A stretch of 64,000 nucleotides of DNA from the human T2T-CHM13v2.0 reference genome, Homo sapiens, in the NCBI RefSeq assembly GCF_009914755.1, contig NC_060931.1; one strand, given 5' to 3'. A model generated the notes under the pieces. That model had not been told where the DNA came from. It saw only the letters and a program-made list of their open reading frames with translations, and did no database searches. Each line of letters starts with the position of its first letter. Within the stretch, counting starts at the first letter, position 1. A program made the position numbers and the translations under genes. Shown piece by piece: positions 37,093 to 50,310 of the stretch.

Positions 37093-37926
37093 TGAAACAG
37101 GAAAAGCTCCCTTATCCCCCTCACAGGGTGTGTGATGGGGGCGTGGCTAGCTTCTTCGGTGCTGCTGCTCAAACATCTAGGGGGGCAGGTTGTGGTCGTG
37201 GGCTCCAACCCCACGGCAGTGTCTTGGGGGAAATGTTTCCAGCTCCTGAAGCCCCAGTGGGCGTGTGTTACAGGTGCTCTTTTAATTTTGCTGTCTGTAG
37301 GCGGCTTGTGTCAATCAGCTCACTTAGACCCTCTGCCTTATCACAAGGACAGAGGGCTTTCTGTATCCCAGGGTTCTTGCCCTAGTGTGCCGGAAAAATC
37401 GGATCACATGTGGGCTTGGGGAATGAGTGCAGGGTTTTATTGAATGGTGGAAGTAGCTCTCAGCAGATGGATGGGGAGCCAAAAGAGGGATAGAGTGGGA
37501 AGGGGGTTTTCCCTTGGAGTCGGGCTGTTCAGTGGCCAGACTGTCCTCCTACCACCCCTGCCAAATTCCCCTGGGCATCCGCGTTGTTCTGCCAGTTGAT
37601 GGCCTGCCAGCGTGTGCAGGTGCCTGTTCCTGTGCTCTTCCATTCCCCTGCTCCTCTCGATGCCTAGCCGCCTGTGTGCCCTTCTGCCGCTGTGTTCCTC
37701 TAGACATCCCACTGCTTGTGTCTATGCCGCTAGGGTCGGGGGGTTTTTATAGGCCCAGGATGGGGGGTGTGGTGGGCCAGGGTGGTCTTGGAAAATGCAA
37801 CATTTGGGCGCGAAAACAGGAGTGCCTGTCCTCACGTAGGCCCGTGAGCACGGGCCCAAGGGGGGAGCCCTCACCAGGGACCCCGCCTTTCTCTATCCAG
37901 CATTTCCCTGCCCCACTCTGGTATCA
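37093..37926 (-). mobile_element. ERV1-class solo LTR (LTR1/LTR27/LTR28-like) in the ZNF131 pseudogene
   Basis: TG...CA termini; 4-bp TSD gtac at 37089-37092 and 37927-37930 splitting ..ITSKY|HQGDRKG..; minus-strand cctataaaa TATA motif at ~37744-37752. Confidence 0.85.
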
Positions 37927-38202
37927 GTACTTGCTGGTGATATCTGGCAACAGTGCTGGAGCAGAATCATCAGAGGAACCTGTGCTCTGTATGTACTTTA
38001 TGGACTGCTGGGCAGAAGCCCTTCCTCGAATGTTTCCATGCCTTCATCTTCTGCTTCAGTCGTGTCTTCGGCATTCTCTACCTCAGTTTCAACAGAGTCT
38101 GACTCTGCAGATAGCAGTGACTCAGCGATAACGTGAAGTTTCTGCAATTTTACTTTTTTTGGCCTCACTTTTTCCTGTGGTATTTTCCTTTAATGAAGTT
38201 GA

Positions 38203-39041
<839 letters not shown>

Positions 39042-40227
39042 AGAATTGTGGAACTTACTGCAAGCAGCCAAAACGGCCTTGTGAGCCTTCAGATGGTGTC
39101 CGTCCACAATCAGGGTGATGTCAGTAAAGCGGTCCTGCCCTCACTGTTCATTCAGTTGGTCGAGGATCTTGTTATGACGTTCACGGAACTCCTGTAGGTG
39201 TTGCATCGTCTCTTCAGCCTCCATGGCTGTTGGGTTGCTCTGCCTCATGCTCTGCCCTCCTTCCTCTTTGTCCCTCAGAGCCTCTGGTTTTGTGCTTTCT
39301 CCTCCCAGGGCATAATGTGCCCCACAGCTTTCCCTATCTCTAAACCGTGGCTCTCCCTCCATTTCCCCCACAAGAGCCGGGTGCTGCCTCTGCTCGGGCC
39401 CCGCTGGTGCACGTGCGCTCGGTTGGACACACAGGCGGTCTCGGCCTCTTTCTCTACTTTGAAGACTCGGCTGTAATTGTGCTATTAAACTTCTTCCATA
39501 TTATACTCAAAAGCAATGCTTCATTTCCCCCCAAAAGAAGAAATCAAGTAAGTAAAAACATGTTATAATTTATATAGAAGGGTACTTTGCATTTGTTAAA
39601 ATGCTTTATAATGGTTCTAATCTTCTTCCTTAAAGAAACCCTGAGAAAGCCTTTCTTTCTCAGCTGTACAGATGGAACAGGTGAGGGGAGGGGACGCAGA
39701 GGTGTTGCCCAGAGCTTCTGAGTCCGTGGCTGAGCCCAAATCTCCCAAGGCAAATATGACAAATGTTATTTTCTCCTATTTATAAAGCTCCCTTACAGCT
39801 GGAGGGATTTTCTTCTAAATCTACTAAACATTGAAGTACCTAAAAACAATAGTCCCACATTTGGAAACAGACCAAGGGTGTGAAGTTTTAGCTCTTGTTT
39901 CTAAGGTTATAACTGACGACCAGACTGGGGTTAATTATGCACCCAAATGATAGTGTTTCCTGCCAAGGACATTCTGATTCACTGCTTACCAGATCAGGTA
40001 ATGCTGGTGGCTAAGCTCCTCCACCAGGCTTTTAGGGTCTCCTAAAGACCCTAAAAAAAAGGAGGTGTCTTCATTCTCACTGGCTCCAGCCAACCCTTTA
40101 GATTGCTAATAATTCAAATGTGGAGCATTCAGTAGCAAGAGGATTGTGCGCTCATTTATTCATAGCACTCCTTCCCCAAACTACGTTGGGAGACACATCA
40201 ATCAGTGTGTTAGGAAGACCTGATGGC

Positions 40228-40431
40228 TGTGCTGTTCAATATGGCAGCCACCAGCCACATGTGGCCATTTAAATTCTAATTAAAATCAAGTAAAATGTAA
40301 AAGCCAGTTGCTCAGTTGCACTAGCAATGTTTTGAGTGCTCAGTAGTGACATATGCCTGGAGGCTACCGTATTGGGTAGTGCAGATATAAAATATTTCCA
40401 TCACTCCGGAAGGTTCTATTGGACAATACTG
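40228..40431. mobile_element. MER3 (hAT-Charlie MITE)
   Basis: ctgtgctgttcaatatggcagccaccagccacatgtggc...gttctattggacaatactg. Confidence 0.85.
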
Positions 40432-40514
40432 CTTCTTAGTGTGTTATGGTGAGTAAGACTTCCCAAATGGTCTTGGTATCTTCTGCCATGCGGGCTGCTG
40501 GGCTGCCTCATATC

Positions 40515-40831
40515 CTTTTTTTTTGGTTTATTTGTTCATTTGTTTTTTTAAGAGACAGGGTCTGGCTCTGTCACCCGTGCTGGAGTGCAGTGGTGCAATC
40601 ATAGCTCACTGCAGTCTGAAGTTCTGGAGCTCAAGTGATCTTCCCACCTCATCCTCCCAGTTAGCTGGGACTACAGGTGGGTGCCACCATGCCTAATTTT
40701 AAAAAAATTTTTGTAGAGGTGGGGTCTCATTTTATTGCCAAGGCTGGTCTTGAACTCCTGGGCTCAAGTGATTTTCCCGCTTCAGCTTCCCAAAGTGCTG
40801 GGATTACAGGCATGCACCACGGCACCCGGCC
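40515..40831 (-). mobile_element. AluJ
   Basis: gagacagggtct, atcatagctcactgcag J-type diagnostics. Confidence 0.9.
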
Positions 40832-41390
40832 ACACGTCATCTCTCACTGTTTCAAAGCCCAGCCCCTTGTTGGCACCATCCCAGGCAATGAGTCTTCCCC
40901 AGGGCCACCCTGCCCTTCGTTTTTCTCTAAATTCCCTCACCTTCATGGGAAGCCTCTTCAAAATTAGAAATTTGCAAGTATGTGTAGTTCTGTTAGCTGG
41001 GTGAAGCTCTTGATCCCTTGGGTCCCACAGCTGTCTTCTGTCAGCGAGGCTCACACGTCTGTGTCCCTGGTCACAGGTGCGAGTGGGGCACATTCCTCAT
41101 CCTCTCCACCCCCGCATGCCCTGCCCTCCAGGGGCTCTGTGCCCATGGGCGTTCCCCAGGCTTGCCCACTGCTCTCATCTGTTTCTCACATCTCTGTTTC
41201 TCCTCCTGGCCAAACCCTCTACATCTACAGCCGATTGTTTGCTGATTAGAAGCTGTTTATGTACTTAGCAGAAAGAAAACTTGCCATTTCTGAAGGAAGA
41301 AATGAGGCAGCAAATGTGCAGGGGAGAACAAGATTAGGCAGGATCAAAAGGCAAAGGCAGGATGCTCACAACAAAGCTGAAAATTATAAC

Positions 41391-41606
41391 CCTGATGGTT
41401 CATTCTCGTGGAATTCACTGGCTGCCAGCACACTATGGGTGTAACCGTAAGGCCTGTGGATGATCTCTCTGCCTTCTCCCTGGCTCTCATCTGGTAACAT
41501 CCTCTCGCAGTGCTCGAGGTCATCGTTAAAACATGAGAGAGAACAACACGACGATGAACTAGTTTGCTTGGATGCAAGTATTTGACCAGTTCTTTCATCC
41601 ACAAAT
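41391..41606 (-). pseudogene. Candidate fossil exon (216 nt, open frame)
   Basis: ttacttatttccag| then FVDERTGQILASKQTSSSSCCSLSCFNDDLEHCERMLPDESQGEGREIIHRPYGYTHSVLAASEFHENEPSG; weak donor gttata. Confidence 0.45.
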
Positions 41607-41768
41607 CTGGAAATAAGTAAATGTATTTTATATTTGAAAAGTATGAGAAATATGGTCTGAAAAATTTCTCTCTCATGCTTTTAAAATATATTAAAATATT
41701 TTAAAATATTTTAAATAAAACAAGCAAGAGCACAGAGTTAGGTATATGAAACATCAGTCCTTAGTCAC

Positions 41769-42313
41769 TGTGTTGGGGTTCTCCTGAGAAACAGAATCGG
41801 ACATACATAATTATATGTGTATATATATATATATATATTTATACACATATATATGTGTACGTGTGTATATAGATATACCTATGTGTATACATGCATGTAT
41901 GCAGATAGGTATGTGTATAAATATATACATATGTGTGTGTATATATAGAAATATATATATACACATATATAGAGAGATTTATTTTAAGGAACTGGCTCTT
42001 GATTGTGGGGGTTGGTAGGTTGGGGCTGGCTAGCGGGCTAGAAATTCTGGGAGGAGTTGATATTGTAGTCGAGTCTGAAGGCAGAGTTCCTTCTTCTTCA
42101 GGGACCTCAGTCATTTTTCTTAAGACCTTCAACCGACTAGATGAGACCCATCCACATTATGAAGGGAAATCTGTTTTACTCAAAGTCTACTGATTTAAAT
42201 ATTTCAGTATTAATCACACCTAAAATATATCTTTATAGCAACATCTAGACTGGTGTTTAACCAAAACTGAGCATCACAGCCTAGCTAAGTTGACACATCA
42301 AATTAACCCTCAC
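41769..42313 (-). mobile_element. MLT2 LTR containing an expanded (TA)/(TG)-rich microsatellite (~41810-41972)
   Basis: tgtgttggggttctcctgagaaacagaa...aagttgacacatcaaattaaccctcac. Confidence 0.85.
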
Positions 42314-42346
42314 TGTCACCAAACATCTAATTAACAGGATGGCTGA

Positions 42347-42710
42347 GTGTGTTCATTGGCTCAGGCTGCCATAACACAGTACCACAGGCTGGGTGGCTTC
42401 AACCACGGAGATTCGGAGATCAAGATGTGGCCAGGGATCGTGTCTTCCGAGCCTCTCTCCTTGGCTTGTAGATGGCCGTCTTCTCTGTGTGTTTTTAGTT
42501 GGTCTTCCTTCTGTGTGTGTCTGTGTCCTAATCTCTTTTTATAAGGACACTGATCATGTTGGATAAGGGCCTACCCTCATGATCTCACTTTAATTTACTT
42601 CCTACTTAAAGACTCCATCTCCAAGTACAGTCACATTCTGAGATTCTGAGGTTTAAAATGTCAACGTTTGAAGTGTTGGTGGTGCGGAGGACACAGTTTA
42701 GCTCATGACA
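42347..42710. mobile_element. MLT1A/B-type LTR
   Basis: ggctgccataacacagtaccacaggctgggtggcttcaac...cagtcacattctgag. Confidence 0.8.
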
Positions 42711-43112
42711 GTGGGAAAACAGACAATTCCAAGGTGGTAGTGGGTATGCATTGTGCTGAGAAGGGCCGAGTTCAGTGCAGTCACTTGCAAGTTATCTTGA
42801 TCTGAAAACAGATGATCAGTTTGCGTTGATAAATGGATAACTTTCCCTGTGTGCCTTAAAATTGCCTTCACATTTAAAGAATGAGTATGTATGCGCAACT
42901 GTTAGGCTGAAAAAAAAAGTTGTACTATTAAGTAGACAAACAGTTTGCTACCTTGAAATGCAGAGATAGGTATGACTCCACATGGTGTCACTGTAGATAT
43001 CAGCATCCTCCTTCTCCAAAAATAATAAAGCGAAGCTGCTGGATGGGGCTGTTGGCTACTCTCTTTGGTGGAGAGGTTCACTACCTGTTGTTTTTACATT
43101 TATATTTTATTC

Positions 43113-43765
43113 TTTTTTTTTTGCCACAGGGTTTTGCTTTGTCACCCAGGCTGGAGTGCAGTGGTGCGATCATGGCTCACTGCAGCCTCCAACTCCTGGG
43201 CTGAAGGGATCCTCCCACCTCAGCCTCTGAGTAGCTAGGACTACAGGTACATGTCACTGCATCCAGCCATCTTATTTTTCGGGGGTGAGGGGAGCACTTT
43301 TTGGAGGTGGGTGGGAACATTCTTTCTGGCGTTTAAAATTTTTTCTTTGTGGAGACAGGTCTCACTACATTGTCTAACCCGGTCTCAAACTCCTGGCCTC
43401 ATGCAGTCCTCCTGCCTTGGCCTCCAAAAGTGCTGGGATTATAGGCATGAGCCACCACGCCAGGCCTTGCTACCTGTTTTTTATTTTTTATTTTAGATTC
43501 AGGGGTGCATGGGCAGGTTTGCTACAAGGGTATCTTGTGTGATCCTGAGGTTTTGGCTTCTATAGATCCTGTCAAGCAGACAGTGAACATAGTACCCGAC
43601 AGGAAGGATTTTCAGCCCTTGCCCCCCTCCCTCCCTCCCTCCTTTTGGAGTCCTCAGTGTCTATTGTTCCCATCTTTATGTCCATGTGTACCCAGGGTTT
43701 AGCTCCCATTTATAAGTGAGAATGTGCTATATTGTGTTTTTCTGTTTCTGTGTTAATTCGCTTAG
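43113..43765 (-). mobile_element. AluJ (~43113-43465) and L1PA/PB 3'UTR fragment (~43475-43765)
   Basis: Alu dimer; gcaggtttgctacaagggtat...ttagctcccatttataagtgagaat L1 3'UTR; TSD gctacctgttttt. Confidence 0.85.
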
Positions 43766-44289
43766 CTACCTGTTTTTAATACTTAGACTGATGTAGTCCT
43801 CTTCTAGATGAGTTGTAAGATTATTGATTTGTTTTCTAATTAGAAAAAGTAATACTGTGGCTCATTGCAGAAATTTGAAAAATGTGTAAAAGTATGAAGA
43901 AATAAAATATCAGAGCAATTTCACTATATATTTGAAAAATCGCTTGATCCATTAGTATCTTTCTTTCTAATCTCTTTTTCTAGGCATATGTATACTTTTT
44001 CAGTAAAATTGGGATTACACTAAATATAGTGTAATATTCTGCTTTCACTATAATAAGCATTTCCCTGTTGATTATTTTTGTAAAGATGTAAATGGTTATA
44101 TGATGCATTTATCCATATCCATGAAGGTATCCATTCATTTCACACATTTTTTTTTAGCACCTTCAATGTGCTCTGCCTTGTGGTAAGTCCTAGGAATGCA
44201 CTGATAAAACAGACGGGGATCCTGCTTTCATAAAGCTTTCCCCACTTTCTGGATGTATGTATTTATTTAACCATGTCTTTATTTCTGCT

Positions 44290-45027
<738 letters not shown>

Positions 45028-45097
45028 TGAGACACATCTTTTCTTACAATGCAGTCTCTCTAGAATCAGTATCATTTAATATGTCATAGTTAAATAA

Positions 45098-46730
45098 CTT
45101 TTTTTATTGAGGTAAAATTTATATAACATAAAATTCATCATTTTAGCCATTTAAAAGCATACAATTCATGACTTTTGGTACATTCACAATATTGTGTAAC
45201 CACCATCACTACCTAATTCCAGAACAGGAAATTCTGTACCAGTTAAGTAGTCACTCCCCATCCCCTGTCCTCCCAGCCCCTGACAACCATTAATCTGCTT
45301 TTTGGCTGTCTCGATTTGCCTATTCTGGATATTTCATATAAACTAATGAATACAACATGTGATCTTTTGTTACTGGCTTCTTTCACTTGGAATAAGGTTT
45401 TCAAAGTCCACCCATGTTGTAGCATGAATCAGTCCTTCATTCCTTTAATGGCTGAATAATATTCTGTTGTACATTATTCAGCCCTAACGATGGTTGTATA
45501 ATGCATTCGAATGTTACACCACATTTCATTGATTCATTCAATTCACGCACATTCAGATTGCTTCCACATTTTGGCTGTAAAGAATAATGCTGCTATTAAT
45601 ATTCATGTACAGACAGTCCCTGACTTATGATGGCTTAACTTATGATTTTTCAACTTTATAGTGGTGTAAAAATGATATGCATTCAGTAGAAACCATACTT
45701 CGAGTACCCATATGACCATTCTGCTTTTCACTTTCAGAACAATAGTCAATAAATTACATGAGATATTCAATACTTTACTATAAAATAGGCTTTGTCTTAG
45801 ACCAGGGGTGTCTAATCTTCTGGCTTCCCTGGGCCACATTGGAAGAAGAAGAATTGTCTTGGGCCACATATAAAATACACTAACACTAATGATGGCTGAT
45901 GAGCTAAAAAATAAATCACAAAAAAGTCTCATAATGTTTTAACAAAATTTACAACTTTGTGTTGAGCTGCATTCAAAGCTGTTCCTGGGCTGCATGCAGC
46001 CCTCAGGCCATGGGTTGGACAAGCTTGTGTTAGATGATTTTGCCTAACAGTAGGCTAATATAAGTGTTCTGAGCATGTTTAAGTTATGTTAGGTTAAGCT
46101 ATGATGTTTGGTAGGTTAGATGTATTATGCATTTTCAACTTATGAGATTTTCAGCTTACAATGGGTTTATCATCAGGTTGTAACCTCATCATAAGTTGAG
46201 GAACATGTGTACAGAGGTTTTTTGACTATGCATATTTCTCTTAAGTTACACTAAGGGGTGAAATTTCTGGGTCATATGGTTGCTTTATGTCTAACTTTTT
46301 GAGGAACCGTCAGAGTATTTTCCAGAGTGGCTGTACTATTGTTCATTTCCAACAGTAATGTAGCAGCGTTCCAATATTTCCACATCCTCAACACTTGTTA
46401 TATTTTCATTCTTCCCAACCTAGTAGTTGTGAACCACATTTTCTTTATCCATTCCCCAGCAGTTGAGGGACATTTGGGTTGTTCCCACCTTTTTACTATT
46501 ATAAACAACACTACAAATAATACCATGAACAACTGTGTACAACACAGGTGTGTGTTCAAACAAACACTTTGTTTGAACATATGCTCTTCAATCTCTTGGG
46601 TATATGACTAAGAATGGAATGGGTGGGTCATATGGTAATTCTATGTTGATTTTTTGAGGAACCACAAAACTAGCTTTTACAGTGGCTGCATCATTTTACG
46701 TCTCTACCAGCAGTGGGATTCCTGCAGACT
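45098..46730 (-). mobile_element. L1MB-type 3' region with nested MER47A (~45610-46208) and MER30 (~45803-46027)
   Basis: MER47A ends cagacagtccctgacttatgatgg / ataagttgaggaacatgtg flanked by TA; MER30 caggggtgtctaatc...ttggacaagcttg. Confidence 0.85.
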
Positions 46731-47482
46731 CTCATCAACAGGCAATGAAAAGTGATGAGCAAATTTTCTTTGACTCTCATTTCATTTTGCCTCTTTTATT
46801 TTGAAATTTAAATAATAGACAAAGAGGAGAGTAAGCATTTTATATTTACCACCCAGAAATGAACAACATTAGTGCATTGTTTTGGCTTCAAATATTTTTA
46901 AGTAAATAGAACATAACAGATTAAAAAACCTAAGCCCCCTTTTCCCCTTTACCACACCTATTACGTGGCCCCTCTCCAGAGATAATGATTATCACAAGTT
47001 GGTATCTGTCCTTCTAGACTATATCTTATTAGTATTACAAATATTACATGTCTCAACATGTTCTTTAAACTTTAGGTATGTGCTATCATACTGTTTTCAT
47101 CCTGCAACTTGCCTTTTTTCTAAAAAGAGCTTTATTGAGGTATATAACTGGCACACAATAAACTGCACATATTTAATGCATACAGTTGGATGAGTTTGGA
47201 CATATGCCTACATCCATGGAGCCATCACCACAGTCAAGTTAACAGACATAACTATAAGCTCCAAAAGTTTCCTTGTGTCCCTTTATTTTGGGATATGTGC
47301 ATGTATGGTGAAAACATTTAACACAAACTCTCATCTTTAATAAATTTTAAAGTGTATAATACAGCACTGTTGACTGTGTATTAATACGATGCTATGTAGA
47401 TCTCTTCAACTAATTCATCTTGCATCACTGAAACTTTCCTCTCCCCTGAAACATGTCTTTAACTGTTTTTTTGAAGTCTGTC

Positions 47483-47670
47483 CAGTGACGTGCTAGTAAA
47501 TGTTTAACAACCAGCTTTTGTGGGGAGGGAATGATATGTAGCTTTTGCTAATTTCCATGTTGTAAATACTCTTAACATAGCTTATACCAAGCTATAGAAG
47601 TAACATCAGCCAGCTCACAAAACTGAAATGTTAGCATTTAGTTCTCATGAGCTAGCTTCAGCATGCTACT
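47483..47670. mobile_element. MER63-like element
   Basis: cagtgacgtgctagtaaatgtttaacaaccagc...aatttccatgttgtaaatactc. Confidence 0.65.
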
Positions 47671-48294
47671 AAATCCGTCCCTGTTGATGTGGAGATCTGA
47701 GTTTTGCTTTTTAGTTTTTATATGTTAAGACTGTATCACAATGTTTTTATCCATCACCCTATTGATGGACGTCTAGACTATGTCTAGGGCTTCACTGCTA
47801 CAAGATGGTGCTACAGTAAACATTCTTGTGCATAGCCCTTGTGCACATGTGCAAGGATTTCTGGAGCAGAAGGTATGTTTACTAGATGTGGAAACACTGT
47901 CCTCTGAAGTAGTTGCCCAGTCCACCCACTTCACAAGCAGTATGTGAGAGATCTTATTTCCCCACAACCTTGGCAATACTTGGTCTCATCAGACTTGGTT
48001 TTTGCCCATCTAAAGGTTATAATTCCATTGATTTTATACATAGTTGTCCCTCACTGTGAGATCCAGTAACTATTCATAATTACCTATACGCTTATAATTT
48101 CTTTTTTTCCCCCATTTAACTCCAGTATTTGTCTGTCTCTAGTTGATTGTAATGAATGCAAGAGGCTGTTGTGGAGTGTCAATGCCAGACCCCAAATAAG
48201 GGCAACACGGCTACTTAGCTTCTTTCTGAATTTAAAAGAAATGTATAGCTTTAATTTGGGAATTTAGAAACAGAAGCTAAGGTGTCTGTAAGCC

Positions 48295-48720
48295 TGTATT
48301 AGTTATTGTAGCCTTTACCTGCAAGCATCAAAGAACCATAGCAGCAGTGACTTAAACAATTGTGATGGGCATTTATTTCAAGCAATAAGAAGTCTGAAGC
48401 TAGTAAAGGAGGCAGTGGTGCCATCCTGGACCCAGGCTCCTGCCATTCTTCTCTGCCACCCTTAGCTGTAGGCTGTAATTCTCACGCTCCTCATCTCACG
48501 GTTGCAAGATGGCTGCCGCAGCTCTAGGCTTCACATCAGCGCTCAAGGCGGAAGGAGCAGTGCTTGAGTAGAAACACAAGAGCTTTCACATAAATACCTA
48601 GAAGCCTTTTGTCAGCATCACTAACCAGACCTGTGTCACAGGCCACTCAGTGTGTTAGGCAAGTATTTAATGGGATATATTTTCCGTCGTCCTCTGAACA
48701 AAATTGTATTCTGTTAGGAT
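48295..48720. mobile_element. Old MLT1 (J/K-like) LTR
   Basis: ctcacggttgcaagatggctgccgcagctctaggcttcacatc. Confidence 0.65.
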
Positions 48721-49748
48721 GGGAAAAGGGAAGAAGGGAATTATCTGCAACAAGAGTTATTTGGAATGTGGATTTTAGAGACATAATTTTTTCATAGTAG
48801 CATCAAATTGGGTGAATACTGGGAAATTATTCAGAGATATATACCATCCAGAACAAGAACCACCACCACAGAACACACAGTCGCCACATTCCATTGATTT
48901 ATAGGCTGCTGTTTTGTTATTTTCCACTATCTATTAGGTATCTAAATTTCACTTCTCTTTGTTCCTTTTTGCCAATTCAAAAGAATTTAAAATGTTAGAA
49001 TGAACAAATACTAATGAGGCGCATGTTACCTAAGGATGAGTTTTCAGGCATTCCTTGTGCCACAAATATGAAGAAAACGGAATCATTATAGGCTCTAGGG
49101 TGCGGTAGAGAAGCACATGGGACTAAAACAACTTGGATTTGTCATTTACTGTTTTGTTTGTAGGACAAGTCTCTTTTAGTGTCTCATATTATTGACATAA
49201 CTCATGAATGCTTTTTTCCAGAGTTGATCACACTTAACAATATGTGCAGGCAGGACCGAAAAAAGGTGTGGTGCCTTCCAGCCCATAAATCAAAGGTGAG
49301 TCATGAGAATGCTGTCCATTAAACAGGAAGGAGGAGATTTGGATATGGAAGTAGGACATGCATTAGATTCCACAGCAATTAGGCTTTTCCATAAAAGAAG
49401 CATCTGCTTTTGGAACTTGAAAATAGAATAAAAGAGGAGCATTTAAAGGAGTTCTTGAAGAAGGCACACCAAGGTACTCGACTAATTGTAATTAGCTAAT
49501 GAATACCTCCTGTAATAAAGCCTGAACTGTGGAAGGGAATCATTGATCGGCTTCCCAGGAACACCCTGTCACTGTACTGTACCTGCAGTGTATCAGCATT
49601 CGGACACAGACAGTGGGTGTGCAGATGTGTGTCTGTGTCATTTGGTTTTATTCATTTATTGCAGTTTCCATTTTATATATTATTCTAGTATAGGTCAGAG
49701 AAGCAAAGAGTCATCTACTCTCAGGGGCTTGTTTAACATTTTACATAC

Positions 49749-49790
49749 CCAGTGGAAGGATTTCCCTTCTAACTTTGCTAGATTCTAAGC
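49749..49790 (-). pseudogene. Candidate fossil exon (42 nt, symmetric phase 1)
   Basis: ttttttttccctctaatttcag|GC-LESSKVRREILPL-G|gtatgt. Confidence 0.45.
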
Positions 49791-50094
49791 CTGAAATTAG
49801 AGGGAAAAAAAACTTGAACTATCTATTTAAATTCCATATCCAAGTCTGATCTATTCCACAGGAGTTCTTATCCTGAAGGAGCATGGCAGCAAATCAAGGA
49901 ACAAAACTTAAAGCTGACTGTCCCTTTTTTTCCCACTGCTCTCTACCTTGTAGGGTGACAGAGAAACTTTGATGGGATGTTCAACTTCAGTAATTTTGAC
50001 TCCTTTTATTTTTATTAGGAAATAATATTTTCCTTACAATATATAACAAGTATTTTCTCCATTGTGATTTTCCTTATGTCTGAGGACCCAGAGA

Positions 50095-50310
50095 TCCTTG
50101 GAAGTCAGGCAGAGATGAGTTCAAATCCTGACTCTGCCACTTAGTAGTTGTGCAACCCTGACTGTATTACTCAGCCTCGGCAAATCTCCATATCTTAACC
50201 TGAAAAATGGGGATAATAATATATGTGTTTTGCAGAGTTTGTTGTGAAGATTGAGTGAGATTAGGTAAAGTGCTTAGCACCATGCCTGGAATTACTGAGT
50301 GCTTAAATGC
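50095..50310 (+). mobile_element. MIR
   Basis: gagttcaaatcctgactctgccacttagtagttgtg...aaaatggggataataat...aaagtgcttagcac. Confidence 0.8.

Noticed and set aside
37514-38131. 205-aa plus-strand ORF
   Set aside because: Antisense read-through of the GC-rich solo LTR and the ZNF131 pseudogene
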